A program made the translations under genes and the position numbers. The notes beneath the pieces are model-generated. The model worked only from the letters and a program-made list of their open reading frames with translations. It had not been told where the DNA came from and did not search any database. A stretch of 64,000 nt of DNA from a virus (lineage: Duplodnaviria; Caudoviricetes), in the IMG/VR virus record IMGVR_UViG_2700989005_000001, positions 1 to 64,000 of that record; one strand, written 5' to 3'. This document shows, piece after piece, positions 51,189-63,677 of this stretch. Numbering within the stretch: position 1 is the stretch's first letter; the number at the start of each line of letters is the position of its first letter.

Positions 51189-51603
51189 AATCAATTGTAT
51201 GCCGGTTGAAACGCTCTCAGACAAGCATTTACTTGCAGAGTACAAAGAGATAACTCGTCCCTTCAACAAGGTGGAGAAGCGCATACAAGCGCATACAATG
51301 GGTAATGTGGTCATTCCTGAGCATTATGTGCTTGGTACAGGTCACGAAACGTTCTTTTTTGATAAGTTGCATTATCTTTACGTTCGTTATCGTGACCTTT
51401 GCGAAGAGTTATTACATCGTGGTGTGAATATCAACGTTGAACAGTTCGATGATATATGCGAATGGATTGAACGTACGTTCGTTGACACGCCGTATTGGAA
51501 TTATTGGACACCGCGACCAGAAGACATGTATTTGAATATGGCGCGATTAGTCAAGCGCAGCAACTTTGACACCGCGAAATCTGAAGCATTAACATTAAAC
51601 TGA
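51181..51603 (+). CDS. denV: pyrimidine-dimer glycosylase, endonuclease V
   Basis: MTRIN...L.DKHLLAEYKEITR, LGTGH.TFFFDKL. Confidence 0.93.
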   Translation: MTRINCMPVETLSDKHLLAEYKEITRPFNKVEKRIQAHTMGNVVIPEHYVLGTGHETFFFDKLHYLYVRYRDLCEELLHRGVNINVEQFDDICEWIERTFVDTPYWNYWTPRPEDMYLNMARLVKRSNFDTAKSEALTLN

Positions 51604-51613
51604 GGAAAGTATC

Positions 51614-53901
51614 ATGACAATAGCACAGTTTCAACAAGATGAATTATACGAGCGTTCTGATTTTAAAGTGCCAGAAAAGCCACCGATTCGTAAGACACGC
51701 TGTAAAGTAACTGAAGAAAAAGAAGATAAGAAAATACTCAAAATCATTATGATTTGGTTCTTCGTGACTATAGCAGGTATCGCATTGTCAGCTTGCTTCG
51801 GGCTACTGTCAAACAAGATTGAAATCGGTGACCGTTATTATCTTCTAAACGATGTGGGATGGGAGCGAAGTCAGAGTGTTGATTTTGGCATTGTTGTAAC
51901 TGACGTGAATTACAATGCTGAGAGAATACGTTACAAGTACATTGGATTGGATGCGCTACCCGAGAAAGAAATGTCGTTTACGGCGCTAAAGTATTCTTAT
52001 GTCCATGAAGACAGCGTTGACATCAATACTACAACGGAGAAAACAAAATGACCGCCCCGAGATTCGTAGGTTTAATTGTAACTACATGGATTGGCATTCT
52101 TATTTTCTTCATGATCCACATGTCGGGATATTCGATGCTCAAACCTGATATTAAAGTCGGTGATGTTTATCAAACTGTCAAGGTATCAGAATTCGCAAGC
52201 GACCCCGACGAAGTAACGATGATCGAAATCACTGAAATCAGCAAAGACGGCGACGACGTTCGTTACATTTACAAAATGATAGACAATAAGGCGTATAACG
52301 ACGACGGCGAGCAATATCAGTGGAAGATGAAAAAGCGTCATATCTATCGCAACTACGAGAAAATCAATCATGAAAGCAACCGACAAGCAGATCGAACTAT
52401 GTAACTTGCTTATTGACAACGGTGCGCCGTTTGAACTCAAACACCCGCATGAAGACAGCATAGAAGCTGCCGACCAGTTCATCAAAGCGAATCGTCATTA
52501 TCTACAGCGTGGTATTGTCAAGCACGAGAACTATTATCACAAAGCAGTCGAGAACGGATTGATGCCTGAAGATATTGGTGTGTGGAATATGTAAAAAGTG
52601 GTTGCATTGTCGAATCAGATACGTATAATGAACTCATCAACTGAAGAGAGAATCATTATGAAAAACACAAGCATCGACAACGATTTGAAATGGGTTTTGT
52701 ATTTATTAATTGCAGCGTGCGTAATCGGGATTGCATTTATCGCGTGTCTGACTTACTCTTCGTTATCGAAGTCTGACACAGTTCTAAGAACGCTGACTAC
52801 AGATTACGGTAAAGTCGTGTCAGTATCATCATGTGATAGTCGAAAGCATTCAATAGATTGTTTAGTTAGAACTGACAAATACAATCTTGGTAGAATTCGC
52901 GTGACAGATTACCCAGGTGATGATATGATATACGTCGGCGACAAAATCTTTCTAGAGCGTCGCGTATACGAAGATCGTGTTGAAACACGCAAAGGTCGTA
53001 ACGGTTATACTGTAAGGTCTTCTGTATGTTACTCATGGATGCCATGTTTTGACAAATATGATAACAATTAATCGAGGGAATAGATATGAGCTTTAAAACA
53101 CGAGTGCAAATCTGGCGAGTTTCACGTTCAATCGTGATGTTCACTTACAATCTATTAGTTGCGGTCTCGCGTAGCTTCTAGAAAACGAGGGATGGTATGC
53201 AGTTCACGCTATCCCTTAACGACTTATCACCAATGGGATTCGACGAATTTAGTAAAACAGTCGATAAAGTCAGGGAAGAATTAGAGGAAGAGAATTATGA
53301 AAGTAGTGTACGAAAATGCGACAAAACACGAGAAAGGTTTATTAGTTTACTTGCATTTCAATGAAGAAACTGAATATTGTGTTGGTAAGAACGGTTCTGT
53401 TCAGCGTGGCAAGTCGTTTCACGGCAAAGTGAAGCGCGGTGAAAAGGTATACGCAAACGAACATGTAGTTGGTCACAAAAGCAACACAGTTGAAGAAGCG
53501 AACAAGCGAGTATTCAAATGAACGATAACGAACTAAAAGGCTTGCCGACGGACATCGACTTGCTAGAAACAGCAATTCAGTTACTCAAAGCAAAACCGTA
53601 TGAACAGCGCCGTTTAGAACATTTAGCAAATGTTATGACTCGCGTTCAGTCTCAAGTGCTCAAGCGAAAAGCTGAACTTGACTGTTGGGCAGTGAAGCCA
53701 TTCACCAGAATGGACATGAAAAAGCTACAAATCGTACCAACGAATGGCGTGTTTTATCAAGATCAGTTGATTCACACGTACGACAAAGACGCTCAAGCGT
53801 TTCATATGCTTGATTATTTCAAAGAGAACGACATCAAATCATACGGTGAGTTTCTTGACCATCTTAGCGAATTGGAGAATAAAGTATGCACGCAGGTGTA
53901 A
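51614..53901 (+). CDS. hypothetical genes (51614-52051, 52048-52404, 52370-52594, 52658-53071, 53297-53521, 53518-53901)
   Basis: ORFs, several with a single TM anchor. Confidence 0.65.
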
Positions 53902-54866
53902 TTGGTAAATTTAACAACTACCATCAAGGTCATTTCAAGCTGATTAAGTTCGCGCTATCGCTTGCAGACAAAGTAACTGTTTTGCTTTGCACTGAAAACA
54001 CAGACCCGATTGATGTCGAAACACGCATGAAATGGATGCATCAAGATTTCGGTAATCGTATCTGCATCAAAGTGATCTGCCCGAGCGATGAAGGTCTATC
54101 TAATAAATCTGAATCAGATCGCGAAGTATCAAAGCAATGGGCTGAGTACATCGACGAGCATTTCCCAGAGATTGATGCATTCGTTGGTTCTGAGCAATAC
54201 ATCAATTACTGTGCTGAGTACGGTAACTTCGATGGAATCATCTACGATGAAGCGCGTGAAATCACACCTTGCTCAAGTACTTCGGTTCGCGAGAACGATT
54301 CACACGAGTTCTACAGCCCGAGCGCACAGCAAGATCGTGTAAAGAGAATTGCATTCATCGGTCCCGAGTCTTGTGGTAAGTCTTGGAACGCAGCATCAAT
54401 CGCAGCCGCTAACGGTTATGAACTTGTACTTGAAGCAGCACGCGATATCATGAGTGACAATCACTACACTGAACACGACGTACTAGAGTTCGCGATTGCA
54501 CAAACTGCACGAATTGAAGCGACTGGTAAAGAAAGTGACACTGTAATCGTTGATTCTTCAGCCGTTACATCGGCTGTTTACAGTCAGTTTCAATTCAATC
54601 AATCATCGGTTCTTCTTAATGCATTAGCTGCATTTGAAAGCATTGATGCTTACGTACTGTTTCGACCAAACTGCGAATTTGTTCAAGACGGGACTCGTAC
54701 ACAGTCACAAGAAGATCGCGAACGTTGGTTTGAACTTGCTAAATCTATGCTTCTTCGATTGAACAAACCATTCTTGATTGTTCAGAAAGGTAACAATTGG
54801 GAAGAACGTTTACACGAAACAGCAAGTCATGTTTCATTACTGAGAGATAAAGTAAAATGGGTATAA
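53886..54866 (+). CDS. nadR: NadR-like NMN adenylyltransferase / nicotinamide riboside kinase
   Basis: GKF..YHQGH, SSTSVR, GPESCGKS P-loop, QDGTR. Confidence 0.9.
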   Translation: MHAGVIGKFNNYHQGHFKLIKFALSLADKVTVLLCTENTDPIDVETRMKWMHQDFGNRICIKVICPSDEGLSNKSESDREVSKQWAEYIDEHFPEIDAFVGSEQYINYCAEYGNFDGIIYDEAREITPCSSTSVRENDSHEFYSPSAQQDRVKRIAFIGPESCGKSWNAASIAAANGYELVLEAARDIMSDNHYTEHDVLEFAIAQTARIEATGKESDTVIVDSSAVTSAVYSQFQFNQSSVLLNALAAFESIDAYVLFRPNCEFVQDGTRTQSQEDRERWFELAKSMLLRLNKPFLIVQKGNNWEERLHETASHVSLLRDKVKWV

Positions 54867-55793
54867 TCTGGATTTCTAATATCGCTATTGTTGTTGCAAC
54901 TTTGTTAGTTACAATAATCATGAAGTGTGTGTTTATGATGGACATCGAGTTTAATCGATATCTTGATAAGCTGCAACTTTTCAAATATCGTCACATATTC
55001 ACCAATAAAATGATGCATGAAATTACTAAAGATAAAGACGATATGGCGTTCTGGGCGTTTACATTCATGGTGTTTGACGTTGTTATATTGGGCTTGTTAT
55101 GGTTACTGAGCGTTGCGTTTCCTGTAATCGCATTTATCATACTCATTCTGATTCTAATTCGAATCATCGTTATTAAGGTGAAAAAATGTTAATAAAAACG
55201 GTCGGCGCAATACTGATCCTGATGTGGCTGATTAACTTAGCCACCCCTATTGTACTTTCTGTGGGCGGGACATTGATAAACTACATGTTTCGCAGTGAAA
55301 TTCCGTTCGTAGATTGGGCTAGAGCTTATCAAGAATTCAAGTATGAATGGGCCACAAATGGGTTTATGCACAATGATGATCACGTCGTCGCGTACTTAAT
55401 GTTTGACTTGATTGTGGGATTCATAGTAACATTAATCAGCTTGTGGCTGTTAGAGCAAAGCGCCGTCATATGGTTTATGATTGCCATCCCATTCATTGTC
55501 CGATTTATTACAGGGTTTATTAAAAAATGAGTTTAACAGATTACAGCGAGAACGAACTGCGTGAAGAACTGCAACGTCGCGAAGCTGAACGAGAACTACG
55601 TGATAGTATTCAAGTAGTTCTTGGCAATACACCAGTTCAAGATGTAGAAGCACGACTTACTAGCCTAGCTCAATCTTACCTCGAAGATGAATTAAAAGAT
55701 CGAGAAATAGACACGCAATGGGCGTATGAAGAAATAATGCAGCTCGTGTTTGGGCAAGATATCTTCAGCAAAATAAATCGCCTACGTCGCTAA
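54857..55793 (+). CDS. two paralogous membrane proteins (54857-55192, 55186-55530) and a hypothetical (55527-55793)
   Basis: hydrophobic; shared DD....(F/L)M.FD...G segment. Confidence 0.65.
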
Positions 55794-55817
55794 CAACTAC
55801 TTTGAGAGAAATATATT

Positions 55818-56492
55818 ATGTTTGATTTATTGTTTAACATTAACCACACTGTGTTTTCTATCGGTGATTATGCAGTGTCTGGTCTAGAACTATGGGCGAC
55901 ACTTACAGGTTTAATCTGTGTTATCATGGCGAGAATGAACATGAAGCACAACTTCACAGTCGGTATTGTCAACTGCATCGGGTTTGCAATTCTGTTCTTC
56001 CAGATTCAGTTGTATAGCGACGTGCTCTTACAAGGATTCTTCATTGCGATGTCGATTTTCGGCTTCTATCAGTGGAATAAGCAAGGTGAGAGCGAAGTCA
56101 AGATCAGATATTTAAAAATGCGCAAGTTCGTTGCTTCGATTGTCGCGACATTAGTCGGTACTGCTGCACTAGCTTACTTCATCGACCCGATTATGTACTT
56201 CAGTGGTTCACTACTCGTTACCGATTACGTACATATTCCTGCTGAACTTGCGGTACAAGACGCTTTCACGACAGTAGCAAGTATCATGGCGTTCATGTTA
56301 ATGATTCAGCGTAAAGTCGAAGCATGGTGGTACTGGGTTGCAGTTAACGTGGTATGCATTGTGAACTACAGCACACAAGGTGTAATTGTAGTTGCCGCTG
56401 AGTACTGCATTTTCTTGGCAAACGCTGCGTATGCTATCGCAATCTGGCATAAAGAAGGCATGAAAAACGAATACATTGAGGTGAATTCATGA
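55818..56492 (+). CDS. pnuC: nicotinamide riboside transporter
   Basis: multi-TM; LYSD..LQ, DAFTT, RKVEAWWYWVAVN (WxxW.N) motif. Confidence 0.92.
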   Translation: MFDLLFNINHTVFSIGDYAVSGLELWATLTGLICVIMARMNMKHNFTVGIVNCIGFAILFFQIQLYSDVLLQGFFIAMSIFGFYQWNKQGESEVKIRYLKMRKFVASIVATLVGTAALAYFIDPIMYFSGSLLVTDYVHIPAELAVQDAFTTVASIMAFMLMIQRKVEAWWYWVAVNVVCIVNYSTQGVIVVAAEYCIFLANAAYAIAIWHKEGMKNEYIEVNS

Positions 56493-58591
56493 GACAAATC
56501 ATATTCAACGGCTACAACGGCAAAGAAGTTGAAGAATTTCACAACGGGCTTGAATATATCCCACAAGAAGGTGAAATCAAATTCAACGGCAAGTACTACA
56601 AAGCAAATACCACGTTCTTGGTTGATGCAGATAATTGCCTTGGTGTTATCGACGATAGCACATGGGACGAAGTGAAAGACGCTGTAAACGGCGTTTTTAA
56701 GGCAACTGGTGAATTCACGAAGCGTTTTCCAGACACTGACGTTGTAGCAGTTGTCTTTGATAACGCACTACCGCAAGCATTAGACAAAGCGTTGCAGCTT
56801 GCATTCATTCACAATCTCGACCGTAACAGCGTTGATTGTCAAGTCATGCTAAACGGTTACGAGCAACTAAAAACAAAAGGTTGGATTGGCGATGGTTGTT
56901 AAAGGGTTACCAGTTTATCTAGTTGGCTCACCGTGCATCATGATCGATGCGCAAACTAAAGCTCCACTAAATGGCACTGTTCAAGAAGATGTCGAAAAGC
57001 AAGTATTGGAAATGCGAAGCTTCTTGAGCAAACCGAATTTGTGGCTTGAGAAAGTACTTGAAGAACTAGCGGACGGCGCGATTCAAGAAGGTGCAACTGC
57101 ACTATACTTGTACGACGTTGACCATTATGCAGAAATCCCGAACACGGGTACCATTTACAAGATTCGAGGGGCGTGGGCATGACATATCGAAAGTTCGACT
57201 TACGTGAGAACTTCGAGCACTGCACTGACGAGCAAATGACGAATTTGCATTTCGTATTTGATAAAGTCGAACCTTATTGGCGTGATTGCAAGATGCTAAC
57301 CGAAGAACAGCGTTATCGGTTAGCTCAGTGTCATACAATGGCGGTTGCTCAGACGTTAAGAAACGCTATCATTGATCGTGAACGCCATCAAATCATGGAA
57401 CGATTACGTCAAGAAGAAGCAGATCGTATTTACGATGGTGATGTATCGAAGTTATATTTGTACTACCCACACCATCTTGTAGATGACGAATACAAAGTCA
57501 AAGCACTATGGTGGGTTGAGTATTGTGATGAAGATATCGAAAATATCGAAGCTGCTCTTGTGAAAAGTCGCTATAGTGAAGGTCGCTTTATGACCCGTGA
57601 TCGTTATCACCTCGAAACGATGATGAATGTTTTTGATGTAGTACGTGAAAAACTTGAAAGAAGATACTTGATGTAGTGTTTTGATTCGTGTATACTCTTA
57701 AAAAAGGAGTATCACATGAACCAAGTACCAGATTTAATCTTCCATCTAATGAACGACAATGAAATCATCACAATGTGTTTCATTGTTGCTCTAACACTCG
57801 TGATAATGCACGCAATTACGTTTAGAAATTGCGTTGTGTTATTCTTTTCATCATTTATTCACGGCATCATGACATTCATTGCCTTGTTCTATACGCCAAT
57901 GGGGTAAACAATGCAAATCGATCATCTAAAACTCGATGAAATTCGAGATAAACTGAGATTCTTGAATAATCGCGAGAAAACATTACTCATGGAAGAGATA
58001 ATGCGCGATCTTAGCTTCTTTCATGGAAACAAAGACAAACGTCGTGCTGCTCATTCGTATATGAAGATAGCACATGGTGGAAACTTTCATTTTAAGGATT
58101 TGAAAAATGAGCGCACCTAGTACTGCACATTTCTTCGCTGTTCATGAAGACGGCGAGCGAGAACATTTAGGTTATATTTTCTGCAACTGTGGTTGGGTCT
58201 TCCATGAAGAACACTTCTTGGCTGATCTTGCAGACGACATCGAACACAGCGCGATTCTAAACGGCACTATGAAGAAAGGTGTTGAGTGGGATTATGTCGA
58301 GGCATATGGCATGGTATGGTCAAAAGAAACTGTAATGAGCCATTTACCAGATCTCGCACCAACAAGAGGTGAGTGATGTTAGATGCGATTCACTTCACTA
58401 TCATCAAGTCGCCTATCTTGTTCACTGTGTTAGAATCATTTCTTATTCTATTCACAGCGGGAGCAATGGAGTGGATACCTGAGTCAGATGAATCAGAAAT
58501 CGGAATCGCCGTATGTCTGTTTTTGTTCTTCATGTCAATGATGATATTCATACCGTACATGTGGGTTTTCTATGAACCATCATACTTCTAA
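56489..58591 (+). CDS. hypothetical genes (56489-56902, 56886-57182, 57173-57676, 57716-57907, 57911-58120, 58107-58376, 58373-58591)
   Basis: coupled ORFs. Confidence 0.62.
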
Positions 58592-58612
58592 GACGCTTCG
58601 GCGTCTTTTTTT
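58590..58612 (+). terminator. intrinsic terminator
   Basis: AAGACGC-TTCG-GCGTCTT plus T-run. Confidence 0.88.
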
Positions 58613-58638
58613 CGGTTTGAATAAAATAATTTGAAAAA

Positions 58639-58705
58639 GTGGTTGCATTAAATGACGAATACCCCTAATATAGCTATATCGAAACGAGATACAGAGAACA
58701 TTATG
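58639..58705 (+). promoter_or_regulatory. early promoter cassette
   Basis: GGTTGCAT, TAATAT, AGCTATATCGAAACGAGATACAGAGAACATTATG. Confidence 0.8.
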
Positions 58706-61700
58706 AAAACTCATCTACGCGACAATGCAGTAACAAGCACGACTCACATTGAACTTGAAATCACGACACCTGTTCTTGGTTGGTTCAATAATGAATTCAA
58801 TCAAGCTGACGGCTGGGTGATTGTTGCACTAGATGAGTTCGAAAAAGCGTTTCTTGAAAATGCATCAATCGACCACTCAAATGTGTATCGCGTTATGAAC
58901 GATGATCGCACTAGCTTGTGTCGAATCGACGTTGAAAATGAAACATATGCGTTTCTCGACAACGGTGAGTTAATGGAAACTGGCATGTACAAATTCGAGC
59001 GACCTGCTAAGTATCGTTCACTGTACATTGACAGCAAAAATGAACTATTCAATCAAGGGAAATAATATGTTGAAACTAACTGTGTTTGATATTGAACAAG
59101 TCGTTCAAGTAGGCATGGCGATTCGCGTACAGAACATTCGCACTGAAGAAGTCTTTACAACTCATGTCGGTTTGATTCGCGGTCACTACGTTGCAGTGTA
59201 TGACGATGACAGCATTTACACGTTTACTGACGGGACTCGATTAGATGACTCTGAGCTGTTTCGTCTAGCAGACAACGCAACACTAACACACATTTAAAGG
59301 AAAACATCATGTTTGGTTTTGTAGAAGATATTTTCGATAGCGCAGTTAACACAGTTGATGATTTCATCAACGACCCGATTGGTCAGACTGTGCATCACGC
59401 AACGTCACCGATTCGCGACGCAGTTGAGATCATCGACGGTCTAACTGAAGGCGAAATCAGAGGTATGGCTGTTGCTCGTCTAGGCGCAGATGTTGCGGCT
59501 GGCATGGCAATTTCAGAAATCATCGAAGAACTTGAGCTTGGAGAATAGTAGTGACAGTACAAAAAGAAATTGTCTGGAAACGTCACGTATGTTTAACGTA
59601 CTATCATGCGTTTATAATCACGTTCAATGTATTCATTGCATCGTCAATGTATGAACATGCAGTACCGACAATCATCGGGTTGCTACCTGGGATGGCGATT
59701 GGTGTCAGTTCATGGCTAATTTTTGAAATGTGGTTCGATAATAGAAAAACATTCGTTAAAGATGTGCAGGCGCCAGTAAAACATCTGATTACGTACCTCA
59801 TTGAAAAAATGAGTAAGAAAAATGCCTAAAGCAATATTCACGCTATTTCGAATAGTCGCAATCTATGCAGTTGGTGTAATGACACCGACTCTATACTCAC
59901 ACAACCCAATGATGCTCATCGCACCCGCGATGGTTGTAATCGGGTTCGGTGTTTCACTAATCACGGATATAGCATCTAATGAAAAAAGCTAAAATCGAAG
60001 CAAAAATCGGTATGTCGTCTCTTTGTGGTGTATCAGGTTCATTCCCGTTCGCACACGGCAATTACTGTAGCAACTCACAAGGCTATTACTTTGTCAACTT
60101 ATGGGCAGAGAATCTTAAACATCTAGTAGCTAACGATTACTTGCCTGACGGGCAAATCGAAGTGCTGTTGTTTAGAGACAATATGCAACAAAACTATCGT
60201 TATGCCTACGTTATTGACGAACGTGTGCCGAAAGAAGCAATTCACGCGCCATACTTCTGCGGCATTGCGACCTCAGTTGAGATCATGCGCTATCACTACC
60301 AAACACCAGACGATAAATGTCTATGTCATACTGAAGATCACAGATTGCTTAGTGTGCGTTCGCAAGACATGAAAGGTCGTACAGTACGTCATTGCCCTGA
60401 GTGCGACACTCGCTACACTATTCAGATGCCAAGGCGCGACGCTATCTTTCGTGTTCAGACGTTTACCGAGGACGGCTGGGGCAAGTGGAAGCTTCTGTAT
60501 CACACGGGTGGTGTTTTCTACACGATTCCTGAAAATGAGCCGGTAGCTGCCGAAGACATCATCAAGGTTGACGTGAAACCGGTGAATGAATTCGGTACTG
60601 GCGACGATCAGCAAGCGGCAATCTCGCTTGAGCAATTTAACTTCAGTGGCGTTGTTGAGAAAGCAATCCCACAAGAAGTAGACGGCAAGATTGAATATTT
60701 TGTACAAAAATAGTACAAAAATCGGCGTTCCTGCGGAGCTGAGTGTCTGACGACACTGTTTCAGCTCCTTGGTTTATTGAGGTACTTATGGTATTCACTG
60801 AAGAGCAGCTTGATCAAGTCGAGCACAACTACTCGCATATTGATACTGTCAATCTTGCAGATAGAAAGGGCGTGCCACAAGCGAAGTATGTCATAGAGAT
60901 ACGACAAGGCACGTATACTAAATTCAAAACATCTTGGTTAAGTCAAGATTCATGCGAAGAGCGAGATATTGACCCAGAGCTAGTCGGTTATTGGATCTTA
61001 TCAGACGCAATCGACCCTTATTGGTACTCAGTTCAAGAATGCTTAGAGCAGTATGAATGGGAACCAGCACGCGAAGTAACAATCACAACATGGGAAGCAA
61101 TTTAATGAGCACAAATTCAAGCATTAGCATTACACAAGAAAACGGTCAAGTTCGTTCAATCTACTGTCACTGGGATGGTGGTTTATGGGATGGTGGTGTT
61201 GCTGACAATCTACTTCAGTTCTACCGAACAGAAAACGAAATCAATGCACTTATCGATCAAGGTGAATGTAGCTCACTTAGTGGTACAATCGAAGATAGCG
61301 TTTTCTACGCTCGTGATCGTGGTGAAGACCTTACGATTTACATCGACAACATCCCCGAGCAAGAATACAACTACATGTTTAAAGACGGTAAATGGTTTGT
61401 ATGTTGTCCTGAAACAAATTGGGAAGATGTCGTTCTAACAAACGAGCTTCGAATTGAACTTGAAAACTGTGAAGACTAATCATGTCAAATTATCAACCCG
61501 AAGAAATAATCAAAGACGCTTCTGGTAACGAATATCAGATCGGCGCGTATTATAAAGTCACTGAGACTGAACCCAATTGGGGATTTCGAGAATCTAGAAT
61601 CGTACAGATGGTTCCTAATTTCGATTTTGCATATCATACAGTCGAAGAAGTTCACGGTGTATTCGGTACAATTCGCAAGCCGCCTCCGAAATTAATCGAA

Positions 61701-62120
61701 GGCAAAGCATATATGTTCTGCATGTGTGATTCTAACGAGCGTAGCGTAGGCATATGGGGCGGAATAGACAAAGGCTTTGTATGCGGTCCCGTTAATCTTA
61801 AAATGTCTCAAATCGACGCACAGACGCTCTCAGAGGTATAGATGAAAACTACGTTCTTTAATGCATCGGGAAATGAAATGAGCTATCAATGGTTTCACGT
61901 ACCGTTTGCTTATACAAAAGTGAATCTCGGTAACAAGCAATTGGTGATTGCTGAGATTTCACGTAATGTAAAACGCATCGCGTATGCATTACGAAACAAC
62001 GATACAGGTCGTATTGGTATTGTTCGCTTTAAACCGATTCATGAAGATCGTAAGCGCGGAAAATACTTCGAATACAAAGGTAATAAAGTTTTCTTGAAAG
62101 ATGTCGGGGTTGTTCTATGA
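58703..62120 (+). CDS. early operon of hypothetical genes (58703-59065, 59067-59297, 59309-59548, 59551-59829, 59979-60713, 60743-61105, 61105-61479, 61482-61841, 61842-62120)
   Basis: contiguous ORFs; 61105-61479 carries the phage YCHWDG motif. Confidence 0.65.
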
Positions 62121-62286
62121 AGTGTGAAATCTGCGGACACCCTGACGGGTACAGTGATGGTGTTGGTATGATTCTGTGCAATGACTGCTACAGTTTAGCA
62201 CGCAGACCATTTATTGGCTACACTGAAGAAGAAAAGCCAGTTATCGTGCCTCCGTCACTTATAGACAAAATCAAAAAACTTTTCGA

Positions 62287-62361
62287 AAAGGGTTGACAGA
62301 TGTCAGCCCTTTTTTGTATTATAGCTACATCGAAACGACAACGACTAAAGAGAACATTATG
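62287..62361 (+). promoter_or_regulatory. terminator/-35 hairpin early promoter cassette
   Basis: AAAAGGGTTGACA-ga-TGTCAGCCCTTTT, TATTATAGCTACATCGAAACGACA...GAGAACATTATG. Confidence 0.85.
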
Positions 62362-63677
62362 ATTACACTATCTACAAACAAAGAACAACTAGCTATCTTC
62401 TGCGTACTTGATTCAGCACTAAGTGCTCCAATCATGAACTTTGTTAAAACAAAGACAGTTCTCGACTCTACTGTGTATGAACTTGAGTTGTTGTACCATC
62501 TTGAGTTGTCACGCGAAGATGTTCTTGCATTAGCAAAAGCAGTTCAAGCAAGTGACTTCGATCACGTCGATGAAATCGGTCTTATCTTCAACGAATCAAT
62601 GTCAGAAATGCTTTTTGAAATCTACGAAGAAAACGACACAGAATCTGTTCACGGTATCGCACTATAAGGAGCGCATTATGATTTACTCATTATCACCTGT
62701 ACTTTGGTCTTTTCAAGATGTTGAGCGACAAACCGGTCTTCGAATTTGGGAAGAAATGATCTCTAACGTCGAAGGCACTGGCATTCGTTTGTTTGCTGCG
62801 AAGTACAATCAATTTGTTTTTGATGCAGTTCACTCTAGCATACCGCTATGTGATCACTTTAATGTACTCGAACCGCTAGATGCGACAATCAACTTTCATA
62901 AAAACAGCTACACGATTGTTATCATTACAGAAGATTCATTTGATGTGCTTTTCTCAGAGCGTGCAAGCGAACGTACAATCGCTGACGTTGAAGAACTTAT
63001 CAACAATTGTGCTGAAAGATGGAATGAAGATCGTCTATGCACGCACGAGCAGCGTTACACAATCGAGTGGTGCAGTGCTAGTCAAGACTACATCATCAAC
63101 ACAGTGTCATTTGACCGTAAGTGGGGTTAATCATGGAATGGCTTATTTTCTCGGGAGTATGTGCTTGTATTGCCATATATCTGACTTGCAAAAAAGACTG
63201 CAAGCATGACTGGATGATCGTCAAAGACGAAACAACGAAATCAAGTGGTGAAGTATACGGCGAAATGACAGGCAACGTCCCAACACCTCGTAACTCATAT
63301 CACATGCAAGAACTCACGTCACGCAAGCGTATTATCATTATGACGTGCGTGAAATGTGGTAAGATAGACAAAACAGTGGAGACTATCTAATGCAGTACAC
63401 GTTAGAATTACTAAATGAAAAGCTCGAATCTCTGAAGAAAAAACAATTTGGGTGGGTTGTAGCATTGCCTCACAAACAAGGTGGTGAAATTGCAGTTGTT
63501 CAGAAAATCATTTCTGACATTGCAGTACAGATTACATCAATCGAGCACGATATTAAACTTATCGAAGCTTCACGCGGGTTAAACGCAACGACTGTTAAGC
63601 AATTAGTTGATGAGCACTACCGTGTACATCACGGACTTGATGAAAACGACAACTTTATTACACGAGCGGCAGACTAA
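62359..63677 (+). CDS. hypothetical genes (62359-62667, 62678-63130, 63133-63390 TM plus CxH/CxxC, 63390-63677)
   Basis: ORFs after cassette. Confidence 0.65.

Noticed and set aside
765-60707. numerous minus-strand and alternative-frame ORFs in the track (e.g. 5251-5601, 17357-17734, 47847-48245)
   Set aside because: Shadows of well-supported + strand genes, with no recognisable motifs.
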